From IMG/VR virus record IMGVR_UViG_3300036769_000405: 64,000 bases of DNA; one strand, given 5' to 3'. Both the position numbers and the translations under genes were made by a program. The notes under the pieces were generated by a model, which did no database searches, was not told the DNA's origin, and worked only from the letters and a program-made list of their open reading frames with translations. Origin of the DNA: an uncultured virus (IMG/VR IMGVR_UViG_3300036769_000405) (taxonomy: Duplodnaviria; Heunggongvirae; Uroviricota; Caudoviricetes). The stretch's first letter is position 1; every line of letters begins with the position of its first letter. Shown here one piece after another: positions 9,708 through 19,737 of the stretch.

Positions 9708-9738
9708 GAGAGGTAATTTTCATAAAAGATTACCTCTC
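9708..9738 (+). terminator. Inverted repeat, probable terminator
   Basis: GAGAGGTAAT...ATTACCTCTC downstream of the DUF1232 gene; weak U-tract. Confidence 0.5.
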
Positions 9739-9816
9739 ACCTTCCTGATTTATTCATAGGTACATAGCTGCAACTCATTCAGCTATGAATATTATATTAA
9801 GGAGGGTTTTTGACAA

Positions 9817-10035
9817 ATGAGTAAAGTAGTAGCTATTAGAAGAGGTGACAATGGAGCAATTGCGCAGTACAAATTAGATGATGGACGAGTACTTGGTCAT
9901 CATGAAATATGTGATGCTGCAATTCGTGGAGAGATCGAAGGTATTTCAACATTCACTACACGTGATGGCGGTGAAGCTGTTAGAAGCGACCGTGGACAGT
10001 ACGATTATTCCTTAAGTAAGTTACCTGAATTCTAA
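9817..10035 (+). CDS. DUF3892-like small protein
   Basis: IVAIR..G.I..YKLDDG...GEIEG...RS...LSKLPEF pattern typical of DUF3892. Confidence 0.75.
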   Translation: MSKVVAIRRGDNGAIAQYKLDDGRVLGHHEICDAAIRGEIEGISTFTTRDGGEAVRSDRGQYDYSLSKLPEF

Positions 10036-10042
10036 TAATACT

Positions 10043-10064
10043 GGAGGGTTTCAAAAAGCCCTCC
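10043..10064 (+). terminator. Hairpin after DUF3892 gene
   Basis: GGAGGG...CCCTCC stem directly after the stop. Confidence 0.45.
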
Positions 10065-10113
10065 TACATACACTGCACTAAACCTGTTCATTATCCTATG
10101 AGGAGGATTTTGT

Positions 10114-11709
10114 ATGCATAATGAAGATGTAGAAATTCTACATGACATTGATAATGAAAACAAAGCAGAAGCTGAGTTGAAAAGAAAACAGCAAATTAAT
10201 AAAGATTTTGAGAAAGCTTCACAGAGTCAGTCTTTCTCAGTCTTTAATACTATAATCCAGATAGTTACAACAGTAGTAGCTCTCGGGGTTTGTGAATACT
10301 TCCTGTGGACTACTAATAAAATTTTATTTGGTGTAGTAACAGCTTTACTTATACTGGCTTTTATATTTAGACATATATCAAAGCATTATTTTGCTAAAGG
10401 TGATCAAAAGAAATTTGAGACTTTCAACAAACTTTCTAAAGCTGCTGGAACAGTTTCATCAGTTTGTGATGTTACAGTTCTAAAGAAAGGTAAAGGTGCT
10501 TATACCTCAGATAAGGTAGATAGTATCGAAAGTAAAGTAGTTTCTGCTGTAGAAACAATTGCTGAAATGCAATATAAAGGTGGTGTTTATGCAGATGCTA
10601 AATACGATTCAATTCGTAAACGTTGCATTGGCATGGGTAAATACATTTACCAAACACAAACACTTGAAAGAATAAATCAGCTTTGTAATGAAGTAACGAA
10701 ACTTAGAAAATCATTGAGAATGTCTAAAGACTCTAATCTTAAAACAAGTATATTTGTTATGTATATTAGAGACTACATCAATAAAGTATACACAATAAAA
10801 GATGAAGAGTTATTCTTTGCTATACTTGGTGCTGTGTTTCATTTTCAACACCCTATTCAGTGCATATCAGATTCTGTTCCATTAGTTGGCTACAAAGATA
10901 ATTCTTTTTGTATATATTGTGTGTATGCTGATTATCGAGAAAAGATAGATAACTATAAGTACTGGAAAGTTAACACTACAAAAGAGGCTTTAGTTGAAGA
11001 TACCTTAACTAGGGATCCTGAAATATGGTCTATATTAATTAGCAATAATCAATATGAATCTTTGGCACGACTTATAGGTAGTTGTGCAAAAGAAGTTCGA
11101 AATAGCAATAATATCTCTGTAGATATTCAGGAGCAAATTATTAATTATTGTGAACTTCTTCATTTCTATGATAGAAGAGAATTCCTTGATATAAATGAAG
11201 AACAGTTGGACGGTATCACTGGTTTACTTAACTATATAGTTTGTGATAATAAAGATTCACTTGAGTTAACACATATGGGACTTGTTGATTTACCTGTATT
11301 TGTTAACTGTTGTAATACTCATTGCACAGATGTTTTAGAGAAGTTCAAGTCATGGTATGCTCTTTATAAGGTCTACTCAGAAAATGATGTTTTAACAGAA
11401 TATCTTGATACTGTAATAGGTCCTGATTTGGAAGCACGTGAAAATGAGATCGATAGAATCTCTAAACAATATGAAGGTACTGATATTACTAACAAGGAGG
11501 ATCAGGCTCGTATTATCATATCCTCTATGTTTAAAGGTGAAAATACAATACCACACGATCTTCGAAGTTGGGCAGTTTCACATAACCTTATGGAAGAAGA
11601 AGCTATAGATAAGATTTATAGTTTCATTCCTGAGGCTTATATTACTGATGAAGATAAGAAGACACAGGTTATTCGTTATTGGATGAAATATAAGCATGTG
11701 ATCTACTAG
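10114..11709 (+). CDS. Two-TM membrane protein with large helical cytoplasmic region
   Basis: 531 aa, GAGGAGG RBS, two N-terminal TM helices. Confidence 0.75.
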   Translation: MHNEDVEILHDIDNENKAEAELKRKQQINKDFEKASQSQSFSVFNTIIQIVTTVVALGVCEYFLWTTNKILFGVVTALLILAFIFRHISKHYFAKGDQKKFETFNKLSKAAGTVSSVCDVTVLKKGKGAYTSDKVDSIESKVVSAVETIAEMQYKGGVYADAKYDSIRKRCIGMGKYIYQTQTLERINQLCNEVTKLRKSLRMSKDSNLKTSIFVMYIRDYINKVYTIKDEELFFAILGAVFHFQHPIQCISDSVPLVGYKDNSFCIYCVYADYREKIDNYKYWKVNTTKEALVEDTLTRDPEIWSILISNNQYESLARLIGSCAKEVRNSNNISVDIQEQIINYCELLHFYDRREFLDINEEQLDGITGLLNYIVCDNKDSLELTHMGLVDLPVFVNCCNTHCTDVLEKFKSWYALYKVYSENDVLTEYLDTVIGPDLEARENEIDRISKQYEGTDITNKEDQARIIISSMFKGENTIPHDLRSWAVSHNLMEEEAIDKIYSFIPEAYITDEDKKTQVIRYWMKYKHVIY

Positions 11710-11724
11710 ATAGGAAGTATTTAT

Positions 11725-11919
11725 ATGAGTAAAGAGAAATTATTTGAGTTATCACTCACAATGAATGTTTTCAGCGCTTTAGTTGTTGCTGTTTTGGCTA
11801 TACGAAAACATTTTACCATCAAGCAAAAGCAGGAAGAGTTAGATGAAATTCTAACTGATATTGAAAACAGTTGTGATGAATATAATGAGATTTTACACGA
11901 GGTGGAATCTTACTACTAG
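11725..11919 (+). CDS. Small TM + coiled-coil protein
   Basis: 64-aa ORF, one TM then acidic helix. Confidence 0.55.
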   Translation: MSKEKLFELSLTMNVFSALVVAVLAIRKHFTIKQKQEELDEILTDIENSCDEYNEILHEVESYY

Positions 11920-11931
11920 GAGGACTTTTTA

Positions 11932-12189
11932 ATGATTAACATCAAATCACTGATCAACAAGATTTACAGACTTGACGAGAGTAGAACTATTCTCGTAGAT
12001 AACAGACAATTGCATGAAAGACTGCAGAGTGAATTTCCTAAGAGAAACATTATGTATAAACCTATCTTTGACTTATTACATAATGCTAAGCATGCAGATC
12101 CTAAGGATCTTAGTAATACGACAGTGATTGTAGTAGGAAACAATTTACAGCATCTTGTTTTAAAATATGATAGTGTAATTACTTACTAA
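11932..12189 (+). CDS. Hypothetical protein
   Basis: AGGAGG RBS. Confidence 0.6.
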   Translation: MINIKSLINKIYRLDESRTILVDNRQLHERLQSEFPKRNIMYKPIFDLLHNAKHADPKDLSNTTVIVVGNNLQHLVLKYDSVITY

Positions 12190-12200
12190 TGGAGGGTTTT

Positions 12201-12449
12201 ATGAAAGCTAATTTTGATAAGTTATATGATTACATTCTGGAGAAAGGAGAGTGCTCCAAGGATGTTTTGCCTGAGTTATATGTATGTGAACTTTTGAATT
12301 ACAGAGTTGTGGCTTATTGTACACACTTAAATCAGTGTATAGAGGTAAGTCATGCTGGAAAACTCGTTGGCTTCTATGAGAAAATTGGTGGCAATTATAA
12401 GTCTCAGGGATCAGTAACATGTTTGGAGGATTTAGTAGCTTCAGTTTAA
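12201..12449 (+). CDS. Hypothetical protein
   Basis: GGAGGG before ATG 12201. Confidence 0.55.
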   Translation: MKANFDKLYDYILEKGECSKDVLPELYVCELLNYRVVAYCTHLNQCIEVSHAGKLVGFYEKIGGNYKSQGSVTCLEDLVASV

Positions 12450-12486
12450 ACTTACACCACGGTGTATAAAAGGAGGATAATTTATT

Positions 12487-13170
12487 ATGGAAACAACGTA
12501 CAATAACATTATACCTGTTACTTGTATTAATGTTAAGATGTCTGTTAATCAAGAGGGTAAACGTGTAAGGGGCCTTTTCAATGAATACAAGAAATTATTA
12601 TGTTATTTTGTAATAGTTCTTGTTCTTGTATTTAGTATACTTTCTGCAGCTGTAGCAGGATTTGCTTACACTATGTGGGCAAGATACGAATACTTTGTAG
12701 GAGTTGTTTACATTGTAACTGCAGTTCTACTTATTTTAATTATAAGTGTCGCTAGTGCTAATGCCTTTTGTAATCACTATAATTATGATTACAGAAGGTT
12801 TTTAGATGATCGTAAATTATTCGATAAATATATCAACACTTATGAAAATCTCTTAGAAAGTGATAATGTGATTCCTATTGTTAGTAATCCATTATTACAA
12901 AAGATGTTTAGTACATACCCTATCGTTTACTATGTTCTTACACAGGATGTTGTTTCAGCCAATGTTAATACTGATACAAAGGAACTTCGTATTTTTGTTA
13001 AATCTGCCGATGGAGAACAATCTTGGAATATCTCTACAAAGTGTGGTATTCCATTAGGTGTTAGTATGAAATCTTGCAGTATAACAATTTATCATGATGA
13101 GATTAATATGGATGTTCCTGTTGCTATGATAACTCCCAGAGTACAGTTAAATGGTAGTGCTATTTATTAA
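12487..13170 (+). CDS. Two-TM membrane protein
   Basis: AAGGAGG RBS; two long hydrophobic helices. Confidence 0.7.
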   Translation: METTYNNIIPVTCINVKMSVNQEGKRVRGLFNEYKKLLCYFVIVLVLVFSILSAAVAGFAYTMWARYEYFVGVVYIVTAVLLILIISVASANAFCNHYNYDYRRFLDDRKLFDKYINTYENLLESDNVIPIVSNPLLQKMFSTYPIVYYVLTQDVVSANVNTDTKELRIFVKSADGEQSWNISTKCGIPLGVSMKSCSITIYHDEINMDVPVAMITPRVQLNGSAIY

Positions 13171-13181
13171 AGGAGTGACTT

Positions 13182-13394
13182 ATGTCTGCTAATATACATT
13201 GTTGTAAAAACTGTGTTGAACCACAGCGACATGTTGGTTGTCACGTTGATTGTGAACTCTACATCAAAGAACTTGCAGATTATCGAGCGATACATATAAA
13301 AGAAATCAGAGAAAAACAGGCTCTGAGTGATTACATAGCCGTTAAAAGAAATGGTATAAATGCAGTAAAGAAGAAATCAAGTACCGTGTTTTAG
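13182..13394 (+). CDS. Small Cys/His-rich protein
   Basis: CCKNC...RHVGCHVDCELY, likely Zn-binding. Confidence 0.65.
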   Translation: MSANIHCCKNCVEPQRHVGCHVDCELYIKELADYRAIHIKEIREKQALSDYIAVKRNGINAVKKKSSTVF

Positions 13395-13408
13395 AAAGAG
13401 GTGTTGAA

Positions 13409-13801
13409 TTGTCAGACGGAAAGAAATTGTATAGTTTTGTTGATGTTGATGATTCAACACCTATACAAAAATTGAAGATTACAGATCAGTTAAGAGTATT
13501 GTTGAAAAGCTTTACATACGATCCTGCAAACGATTTAAAGAATGAAGATATTGTTACGCAAGAGTATTTAACTCTACGTGCTAACTTATATGATTTCCTA
13601 CACAAAGCTACTGAGCCAATACGTCGTGGTAAGAGTAAATCAGTCATTGTTAATATTTCTACGAAGTTTAATCCTGTATTCAATGACGTCATTCAATCAC
13701 ACGAAATAGCTGACCTTTATAAGGTTGATGTTGTTCGACCAAAGATAGATTACGATTTACCTTATGATATTATGGTAAGGTTAACAGTTAAAGAAGATTG
13801 A
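13409..13801 (+). CDS. Hypothetical protein
   Basis: GAGGTG RBS, TTG start, 130 aa. Confidence 0.65.
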   Translation: MSDGKKLYSFVDVDDSTPIQKLKITDQLRVLLKSFTYDPANDLKNEDIVTQEYLTLRANLYDFLHKATEPIRRGKSKSVIVNISTKFNPVFNDVIQSHEIADLYKVDVVRPKIDYDLPYDIMVRLTVKED

Positions 13802-13810
13802 GGTATTACA

Positions 13811-14290
13811 ATGATTATGACTTATTATGACTTAGCTATCAATGATTTAAGATATCTTGAGTACACATTACCTACAATCTATTACAATAATATAGCTAAT
13901 GGTGCCAAGAAAGTAGTTAAGGAATTGCTTAAATCCGTTGCAGAATTATACAACTTTTCTACGGAATTATTTGATGTTATGGATAGTGATGATAACATGT
14001 TTATAGCTAAAGCTGTCATGTGGAGTTTAGATATCAGATTAGATATCGATAAGATCAAAAGACTCGATGAACTTAATTCAGGTATCTATAATCCTGGACC
14101 TGATTATCACGAATTATCTTATGAAGAATGTTGTGAAGCTATCAGCATCTTGTACTATGTTTTAGATACTGTTAATGCTTTTAGATCAAACATGGGTCTT
14201 AATACAATAGATACACGTTTAGATGCCTTGCAGTTAATGTTATCTGTTAAATGTCCATGGGATAGATCCCATATTAAACTTATTTTCTAG
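13811..14290 (+). CDS. HEPN-like domain protein (degenerate)
   Basis: TYYDLAINDLRYL...YNNIA..AKKVVKELLKSV...YNPGPD...EECCEAI resembles Firmicutes HEPN-domain proteins; no Rx4-6H seen. Confidence 0.6.
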   Translation: MIMTYYDLAINDLRYLEYTLPTIYYNNIANGAKKVVKELLKSVAELYNFSTELFDVMDSDDNMFIAKAVMWSLDIRLDIDKIKRLDELNSGIYNPGPDYHELSYEECCEAISILYYVLDTVNAFRSNMGLNTIDTRLDALQLMLSVKCPWDRSHIKLIF

Positions 14291-14302
14291 GAGGAAAATT
14301 TT

Positions 14303-14854
14303 ATGAGAAAAATTAGCAACCTTAACTATTCAACAGCTTTGGATAGTTACAATGAGTATAAGGACACAAAAGACTCACTTAGCCCATCATCTGCAATTAT
14401 TGAAATATACAGTATTATCATATTGTTTTTAAATTCTATGTTTGATATCGTATACCCTAAATATTTTGAGGGTAATGGTGGTACTAATATAATCACTATG
14501 TACGAAACAATCACTAATATCATCCATGACTTCTATCTAGACGTGTCGGATTTATCTTTTGTTTATAATGCTTACAAAAAAGCTATATCGATTAAGAATC
14601 CATTGATAGCCGAAGATATACACATATCTGAAGATGTTATGTATAATGTAAAGAAAGCAGTAGATGAGTTCCGGGTAAAACATGAAATTGCTCCAGAATT
14701 AAGTAAAGAGGATCTTGATATTTGGGCAGAATATTGCTTAAAATACGATATACATACGTACAAAGAGTTACATGATGAGATTGAATCTCTCTGTAATCTC
14801 TATAGTTGTAGTAGGGAGCGTGTTACCTTATTAGTTAATTCTTTACTCATTTAG
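14303..14854 (+). CDS. HEPN-like paralogue with shared C-terminal module
   Basis: Helical pattern like its neighbours; C-terminal IWAEYCLKYDI...EIESLCNLY. Confidence 0.5.
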   Translation: MRKISNLNYSTALDSYNEYKDTKDSLSPSSAIIEIYSIIILFLNSMFDIVYPKYFEGNGGTNIITMYETITNIIHDFYLDVSDLSFVYNAYKKAISIKNPLIAEDIHISEDVMYNVKKAVDEFRVKHEIAPELSKEDLDIWAEYCLKYDIHTYKELHDEIESLCNLYSCSRERVTLLVNSLLI

Positions 14855-14865
14855 GAGGTTGCCTC

Positions 14866-15462
14866 ATGAGATATGCTGATCAATATTATGAGAATGCTTT
14901 AGAACAGTTAAAGGTGCTCGAAGCACTTCAAACCTCTACCGAGTATAAGGTAAAGGTAGGACTTATTTGGCAGATCACTGATAATCTTTTACGTAGTGCT
15001 TTTGAGTACTATCGTGAATGTGGTGAGCGTATACCGGATAATGAAAGTTTAGTTATGTTAGGTAGCAGACTAAACTTAGTTATCAATGATGAAGTTAAAC
15101 ATGTAGATCTGCATGATTTACAGTACTTAGAGAAATTCAGTTTCACTAAGTTACGTCCTATTTATCATATAAATGACGTTGTTATCTCTAAAGAAAAGTT
15201 CGAACACTGTTTTGAGATAATGATGGATGTTATGGATAGTGTAATTGGCTACCAGCAAAAAGAGTTGCGTCCATTGTATGATCCACGTATAGATAATACA
15301 TTTTATGACTATAGGATCTGGAATAAATATCGTGTAAGATATGGATTTATTACAGATGAACAGTTTGATAGAGAAATGAAACGCTTAACTGAATGCTATA
15401 AACTACGTGGACATGAGTTAGTACAGTTCATTTCTAAATACAGATTGTCATTTTTGGATTGA
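14866..15462 (+). CDS. HEPN-like paralogue with shared C-terminal module
   Basis: YYENALEQLKVL...WQITDNLLRS; C-terminal IWNKYRVRYGF...EMKRLTECY. Confidence 0.5.
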   Translation: MRYADQYYENALEQLKVLEALQTSTEYKVKVGLIWQITDNLLRSAFEYYRECGERIPDNESLVMLGSRLNLVINDEVKHVDLHDLQYLEKFSFTKLRPIYHINDVVISKEKFEHCFEIMMDVMDSVIGYQQKELRPLYDPRIDNTFYDYRIWNKYRVRYGFITDEQFDREMKRLTECYKLRGHELVQFISKYRLSFLD

Positions 15463-15472
15463 GGAGGTTACA

Positions 15473-15841
15473 ATGCCTAGATATTTTTATGATGATGCTA
15501 TGCGTCAGGTTAAATGTTTAAGCTATATAAAAGATGTGGAAGACTTACGTGACTCTCATATTATTTTGATTCATGAAGCAGTAGCTAATACTTTTAGATA
15601 CATGATTACTAAGAATATTGGTATTGATTCTTTAATACATACATCTAGTGTTTGTACTTTGGCACGACAGGCCTACAATTGTCTTGATCATTACTTTAAC
15701 TGGCCACTTAGCAAGTTACATGATTTAGATATTCAGTATATGAAAATTACTGTAGAGCATAAGTCAGGCTCTGTTCCTGAAACGAATAGTTTAGTAGGAA
15801 CATTTATTCCAATGTTGGAAAGTTATTATTTATTTGTATAA
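15473..15841 (+). CDS. HEPN-like paralogue
   Basis: FYDDAMRQVKCL...IHEAVANTFRY...LIHTSSVCTL resembles HEPN helices 1-3. Confidence 0.45.
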   Translation: MPRYFYDDAMRQVKCLSYIKDVEDLRDSHIILIHEAVANTFRYMITKNIGIDSLIHTSSVCTLARQAYNCLDHYFNWPLSKLHDLDIQYMKITVEHKSGSVPETNSLVGTFIPMLESYYLFV

Positions 15842-15861
15842 CACACTAAGGAGGCGTTCAT

Positions 15862-18800
15862 TTGCGTAAATTTATTTTGTCTTTTTTAACATTAGGTATA
15901 CTGATGTTAGTACCAAGCTTGCACGTGTACGCCTATCAGGCTGGACAAGTACAACAAGGTAGTTCTGGAGGATCAGGAAACTCTAGTAATACAGAGGACA
16001 CTGATCCTTACCAGGCATACACAACTTACACACCTAAGGTAACATTACTTAGAAACGCTAATGCTTTATGTGCCAACTCGGGTGAAGCAATCTATTATAT
16101 TCCCACGTTAGATGATTTACCATTAGATCTTGAGGCTTATGTTACTGATTGCACAGATGGGACTTATTCTCATAAGTTTGCTTATGTTTATAGCAGTTAC
16201 TTTAACTCTGACGCACAATTAGTAACAATATCTTCAGACTCTACGACTGCAGAAGCTCATACATCACAAAACATTGAAACAGCTTATATCGCAAACTCTA
16301 CGCTGAAAGATGTTGGATATGATTTGCTTTTGTTAAGTGATAGTTACTCAATGAAGACAACAAGTGGTACATCAGCTGAGATTTCTAATTTGCATGAAGC
16401 AGCTAATGATACAAACTTACAAGCTAAGTATGTTGTTATGGATTTGTACAAAGCTTTAGGTATTTACGAATATGATATACAGTTTTGTTTTACAAGAGAT
16501 CCTGATTTTGATGCCAACTCATCTCCTATATTACAGGAAATAACTGTATTAACATCACAGTCAGGAAGCAATGGTTTGAATATCAAAGAGTCCCGCACAG
16601 ACGTTGCTGTCTCAAGAACAAATTCAGAATTATACTGGATACGTTTCGATAAGGATGGTATTGCAAGAAAGCTAGAGAATAATACAGAAATAGAAGGATC
16701 ACAGATCACTGGATTAGCAACTTCTATTTCAGCAGAATCAACAATAACTTTTGCTCAGTTCTGCAATCTAGCAGTTGCTATGATGAATCTCTATGGCGAG
16801 GAAGCACTGACTGATACACAATATTCAGCATGTATTCAGAGTTATGGTACAGACATTACAGCAATTCAAACAAATAGTAAAATAGAAGAAACCTCAGCAA
16901 TTTACTTAATTGCTAAAGGTATTTTAGATGGTGATTCACTTCAGGATATTGCTTGGGATGAACCTGTACGTTTACTGAATGTATCTGGAAATACGTATAC
17001 GAACAGCAATTATATTCTTGATATTCTTGGACGTATAGCTAATCCTGATAGACGTTTAACATTGAAATCTTCAACACCAATTGATGCTACATTAGCAGCT
17101 GCTGGATACAGTGAAGCTACTGTTACTATCAATTCTATGATTTCTAATGTAATAACATTTTCTACAGATAGTTCATTCTTATATGATTATCTAATTGAAG
17201 TTGTTCCTGAGAACACTCACATATGTAGATATAACTCAGCAACCACTAGTTTGAACTCAACATCTGAGTCTCTATTAGCAACTACATCAACATCATCACC
17301 ACAAGGAACTGCTAGTAGCTCTGAATATAATGCTTTTGCAAACATGAGAGTTTTTGTTAATGGTATTGCTTATGATCCTAAGAATACTATAGATGATTGT
17401 TTGCAGAGTGGCGGTTATGTTTACTATGGAGTCATTACAGTTGATGGTAAACAGTATTATCATTTCAAGATGAAAAAGTTTTGGGAAGATGGTGCAACCG
17501 TTTACTTTGATTATCAACCAAGTAATACAGAGGAGATTGTTACAGATGCATCTCCAATTCGTTTGGAGTCTATGAGTGGTGGTGTGTATAGTTACTCATC
17601 TGGAAACTATATACGACAGAGTTTTACAGAAGCTAATTTTGTTGAATCATATATCGATGCTGAATCTTCAGTAAGTACACAACTTGCTTCTGGAAATACT
17701 ACATTACTATTCTATATGTCATCAGCAGTTAATAAGGAGATATTATCTCTTTATAACGATTCTACATTTACATGGACAAACATCTTTGATAGTAACAATT
17801 TGAGATATGGGGAGCCAGTAACTATATGCAATCGTTCAGATAATGTAACTATAATGACGGTGTTTAGTGGTACATCAGTTAATGGCGATTATGACCGTTG
17901 CGAGATAATCACTAATAATTTATCAGCTGTTCAAAACTCAAGTTTTTATACAAACTACTTAGGCTCTAATTCCGAAAAGAGGACTGCTAAAGGTTTCTAT
18001 AGAGCATCAAGTAATGGTTCATTAATGGTTGAATATGACTACCTGAAAGAACAAGGGCTAGTTTCTGGTTTCAAAGAAGTATCTGATGGTACCTATGTAA
18101 TTACTGCTGGTAAATATAAAACAAATGTAACTATTCTCACAAAGAATGATTTGATAATTGTCGGTGATACAATATACTCAAACACAGGTGGTGAAGTATT
18201 AGTACTTAAAACAAATGGTACAACATACATTAACTATCGATGTTGTTTAGGTTGGGCAGGTGACTTCGCTGTAATCCCTACAGGAGACACAATTGTAGCA
18301 ACACCAATACAATTGTTTGGTAGTACAACTTCAATAACACAGACAACGAAATCAATCTCTACATTTTACCCATCAGCAAATACAAAGTTGTTGTATAACA
18401 CTTTGGTTTATCATGAAAATGCAAGTGATGAAAAAGATTACGCTGGGTTTAGTCTAAGTGGTTCTTATGCATTAGCTCCGTACATCCTTGTGTCCACAGA
18501 TGACGATTATGATTATTTGTTTGTATGGCACAGAAATAATATCGTTAGTACAGATGGAAATACAGTATATAACATTTCTGTTGAAGATAATGATGCTGCA
18601 TTCAATAAGTTTAAAGAACTTACTGGAGTTAAGTTGAATAGTCAGAATAATTATTCGTTGGCAATGTTTCCACTGAACAAAAATGGAGTTGGTAATCCAG
18701 CTGGATTTGAGTATACAAAGCTTGAACAATCAAGTGCTCGTGGTACAAAATCAGCAACAGCTGGTTGGGTATATACACCACCGGTATTTAATGATGTACT

Positions 18801-19716
18801 GAGTGCATTAAATACATATGCATCAGTTTCTAGTGATTTAGCTATACCTATATTTGCTAGAACAGTTGGTAATGTTACACATTACTTTGATGCTAATGTA
18901 AACGTTTGTGCTGAATCTGCCGGTAATGATTATCTTCCCTTAGGAACAATGCCAAGTTATCTTACTACTGCAAATAAGGATACTTATTACAGTAAGTTGA
19001 CATCATCTGGGTCATATAGTACAACTACTGCTGCTGGGGAATCTACAAAAGCATACCCTATTTACACAGCACCTGTTGGTTTGTTTGCACAATTAAAAGG
19101 TATGGGAACAACAGCTGCTAAAGATATAGGTCAAGGTTCTATATATTTTGGTACAACTAAATGCACTTTAAGTAATGGGTCAATAACGATATCAGGTAGG
19201 GCTACAACATTTGATAGTTCATCAGAAGCTGTTTGTACATATATGAGCAATGGTTCTTCTTCAGTATATGCAGTTACTCTAGAATCAACTACACTTGGTG
19301 ATATACTTACTGCAATAGATCAAGAGTTAGAATATACACTTAACGATCCTGAAAACTTAGTAGACTGGAGTCAGTACAAGTTTGAACGCCTGATTCAAAA
19401 TCTTGATGCGTGGTCTACAGTAGTGCTCATTTTCGTGCTTAACATACTTCCACGTGTGGCTGTGCTTCTATTCTTTATTCTAATGCTTTTAAGCTTGATG
19501 AAAGACTGGAAGCCGTTTCAGATGTTTTGTCATAGGTGGTTTGATCCATTTAAATTCTTAACCTTAGGGCACATTTCAGTTGACAATGTTAACTTGAAAC
19601 GCTTGCTTATTATCTCACTTATTTGCATTAGTCTTATGATGGTTATCATGGATGGACAACTTTTTAACTTCATCATTTGGATAGCAAAGGCTCTAGTAGC
19701 CATTACTCAACGTTAG
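15862..19716 (+). CDS. Very large exported protein (signal peptide, SLH-like and beta-rich regions, C-terminal TM helices)
   Basis: Signal peptide ending VYA; ITFAQFCNL / LIAKGILDGD..WDEPV SLH-like segments; Ser/Thr-rich; 2-3 C-terminal TMs. Confidence 0.75.
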   Translation: MRKFILSFLTLGILMLVPSLHVYAYQAGQVQQGSSGGSGNSSNTEDTDPYQAYTTYTPKVTLLRNANALCANSGEAIYYIPTLDDLPLDLEAYVTDCTDGTYSHKFAYVYSSYFNSDAQLVTISSDSTTAEAHTSQNIETAYIANSTLKDVGYDLLLLSDSYSMKTTSGTSAEISNLHEAANDTNLQAKYVVMDLYKALGIYEYDIQFCFTRDPDFDANSSPILQEITVLTSQSGSNGLNIKESRTDVAVSRTNSELYWIRFDKDGIARKLENNTEIEGSQITGLATSISAESTITFAQFCNLAVAMMNLYGEEALTDTQYSACIQSYGTDITAIQTNSKIEETSAIYLIAKGILDGDSLQDIAWDEPVRLLNVSGNTYTNSNYILDILGRIANPDRRLTLKSSTPIDATLAAAGYSEATVTINSMISNVITFSTDSSFLYDYLIEVVPENTHICRYNSATTSLNSTSESLLATTSTSSPQGTASSSEYNAFANMRVFVNGIAYDPKNTIDDCLQSGGYVYYGVITVDGKQYYHFKMKKFWEDGATVYFDYQPSNTEEIVTDASPIRLESMSGGVYSYSSGNYIRQSFTEANFVESYIDAESSVSTQLASGNTTLLFYMSSAVNKEILSLYNDSTFTWTNIFDSNNLRYGEPVTICNRSDNVTIMTVFSGTSVNGDYDRCEIITNNLSAVQNSSFYTNYLGSNSEKRTAKGFYRASSNGSLMVEYDYLKEQGLVSGFKEVSDGTYVITAGKYKTNVTILTKNDLIIVGDTIYSNTGGEVLVLKTNGTTYINYRCCLGWAGDFAVIPTGDTIVATPIQLFGSTTSITQTTKSISTFYPSANTKLLYNTLVYHENASDEKDYAGFSLSGSYALAPYILVSTDDDYDYLFVWHRNNIVSTDGNTVYNISVEDNDAAFNKFKELTGVKLNSQNNYSLAMFPLNKNGVGNPAGFEYTKLEQSSARGTKSATAGWVYTPPVFNDVLSALNTYASVSSDLAIPIFARTVGNVTHYFDANVNVCAESAGNDYLPLGTMPSYLTTANKDTYYSKLTSSGSYSTTTAAGESTKAYPIYTAPVGLFAQLKGMGTTAAKDIGQGSIYFGTTKCTLSNGSITISGRATTFDSSSEAVCTYMSNGSSSVYAVTLESTTLGDILTAIDQELEYTLNDPENLVDWSQYKFERLIQNLDAWSTVVLIFVLNILPRVAVLLFFILMLLSLMKDWKPFQMFCHRWFDPFKFLTLGHISVDNVNLKRLLIISLICISLMMVIMDGQLFNFIIWIAKALVAITQR

Positions 19717-19737
19717 AAAATAAGGAGATGAATAATT

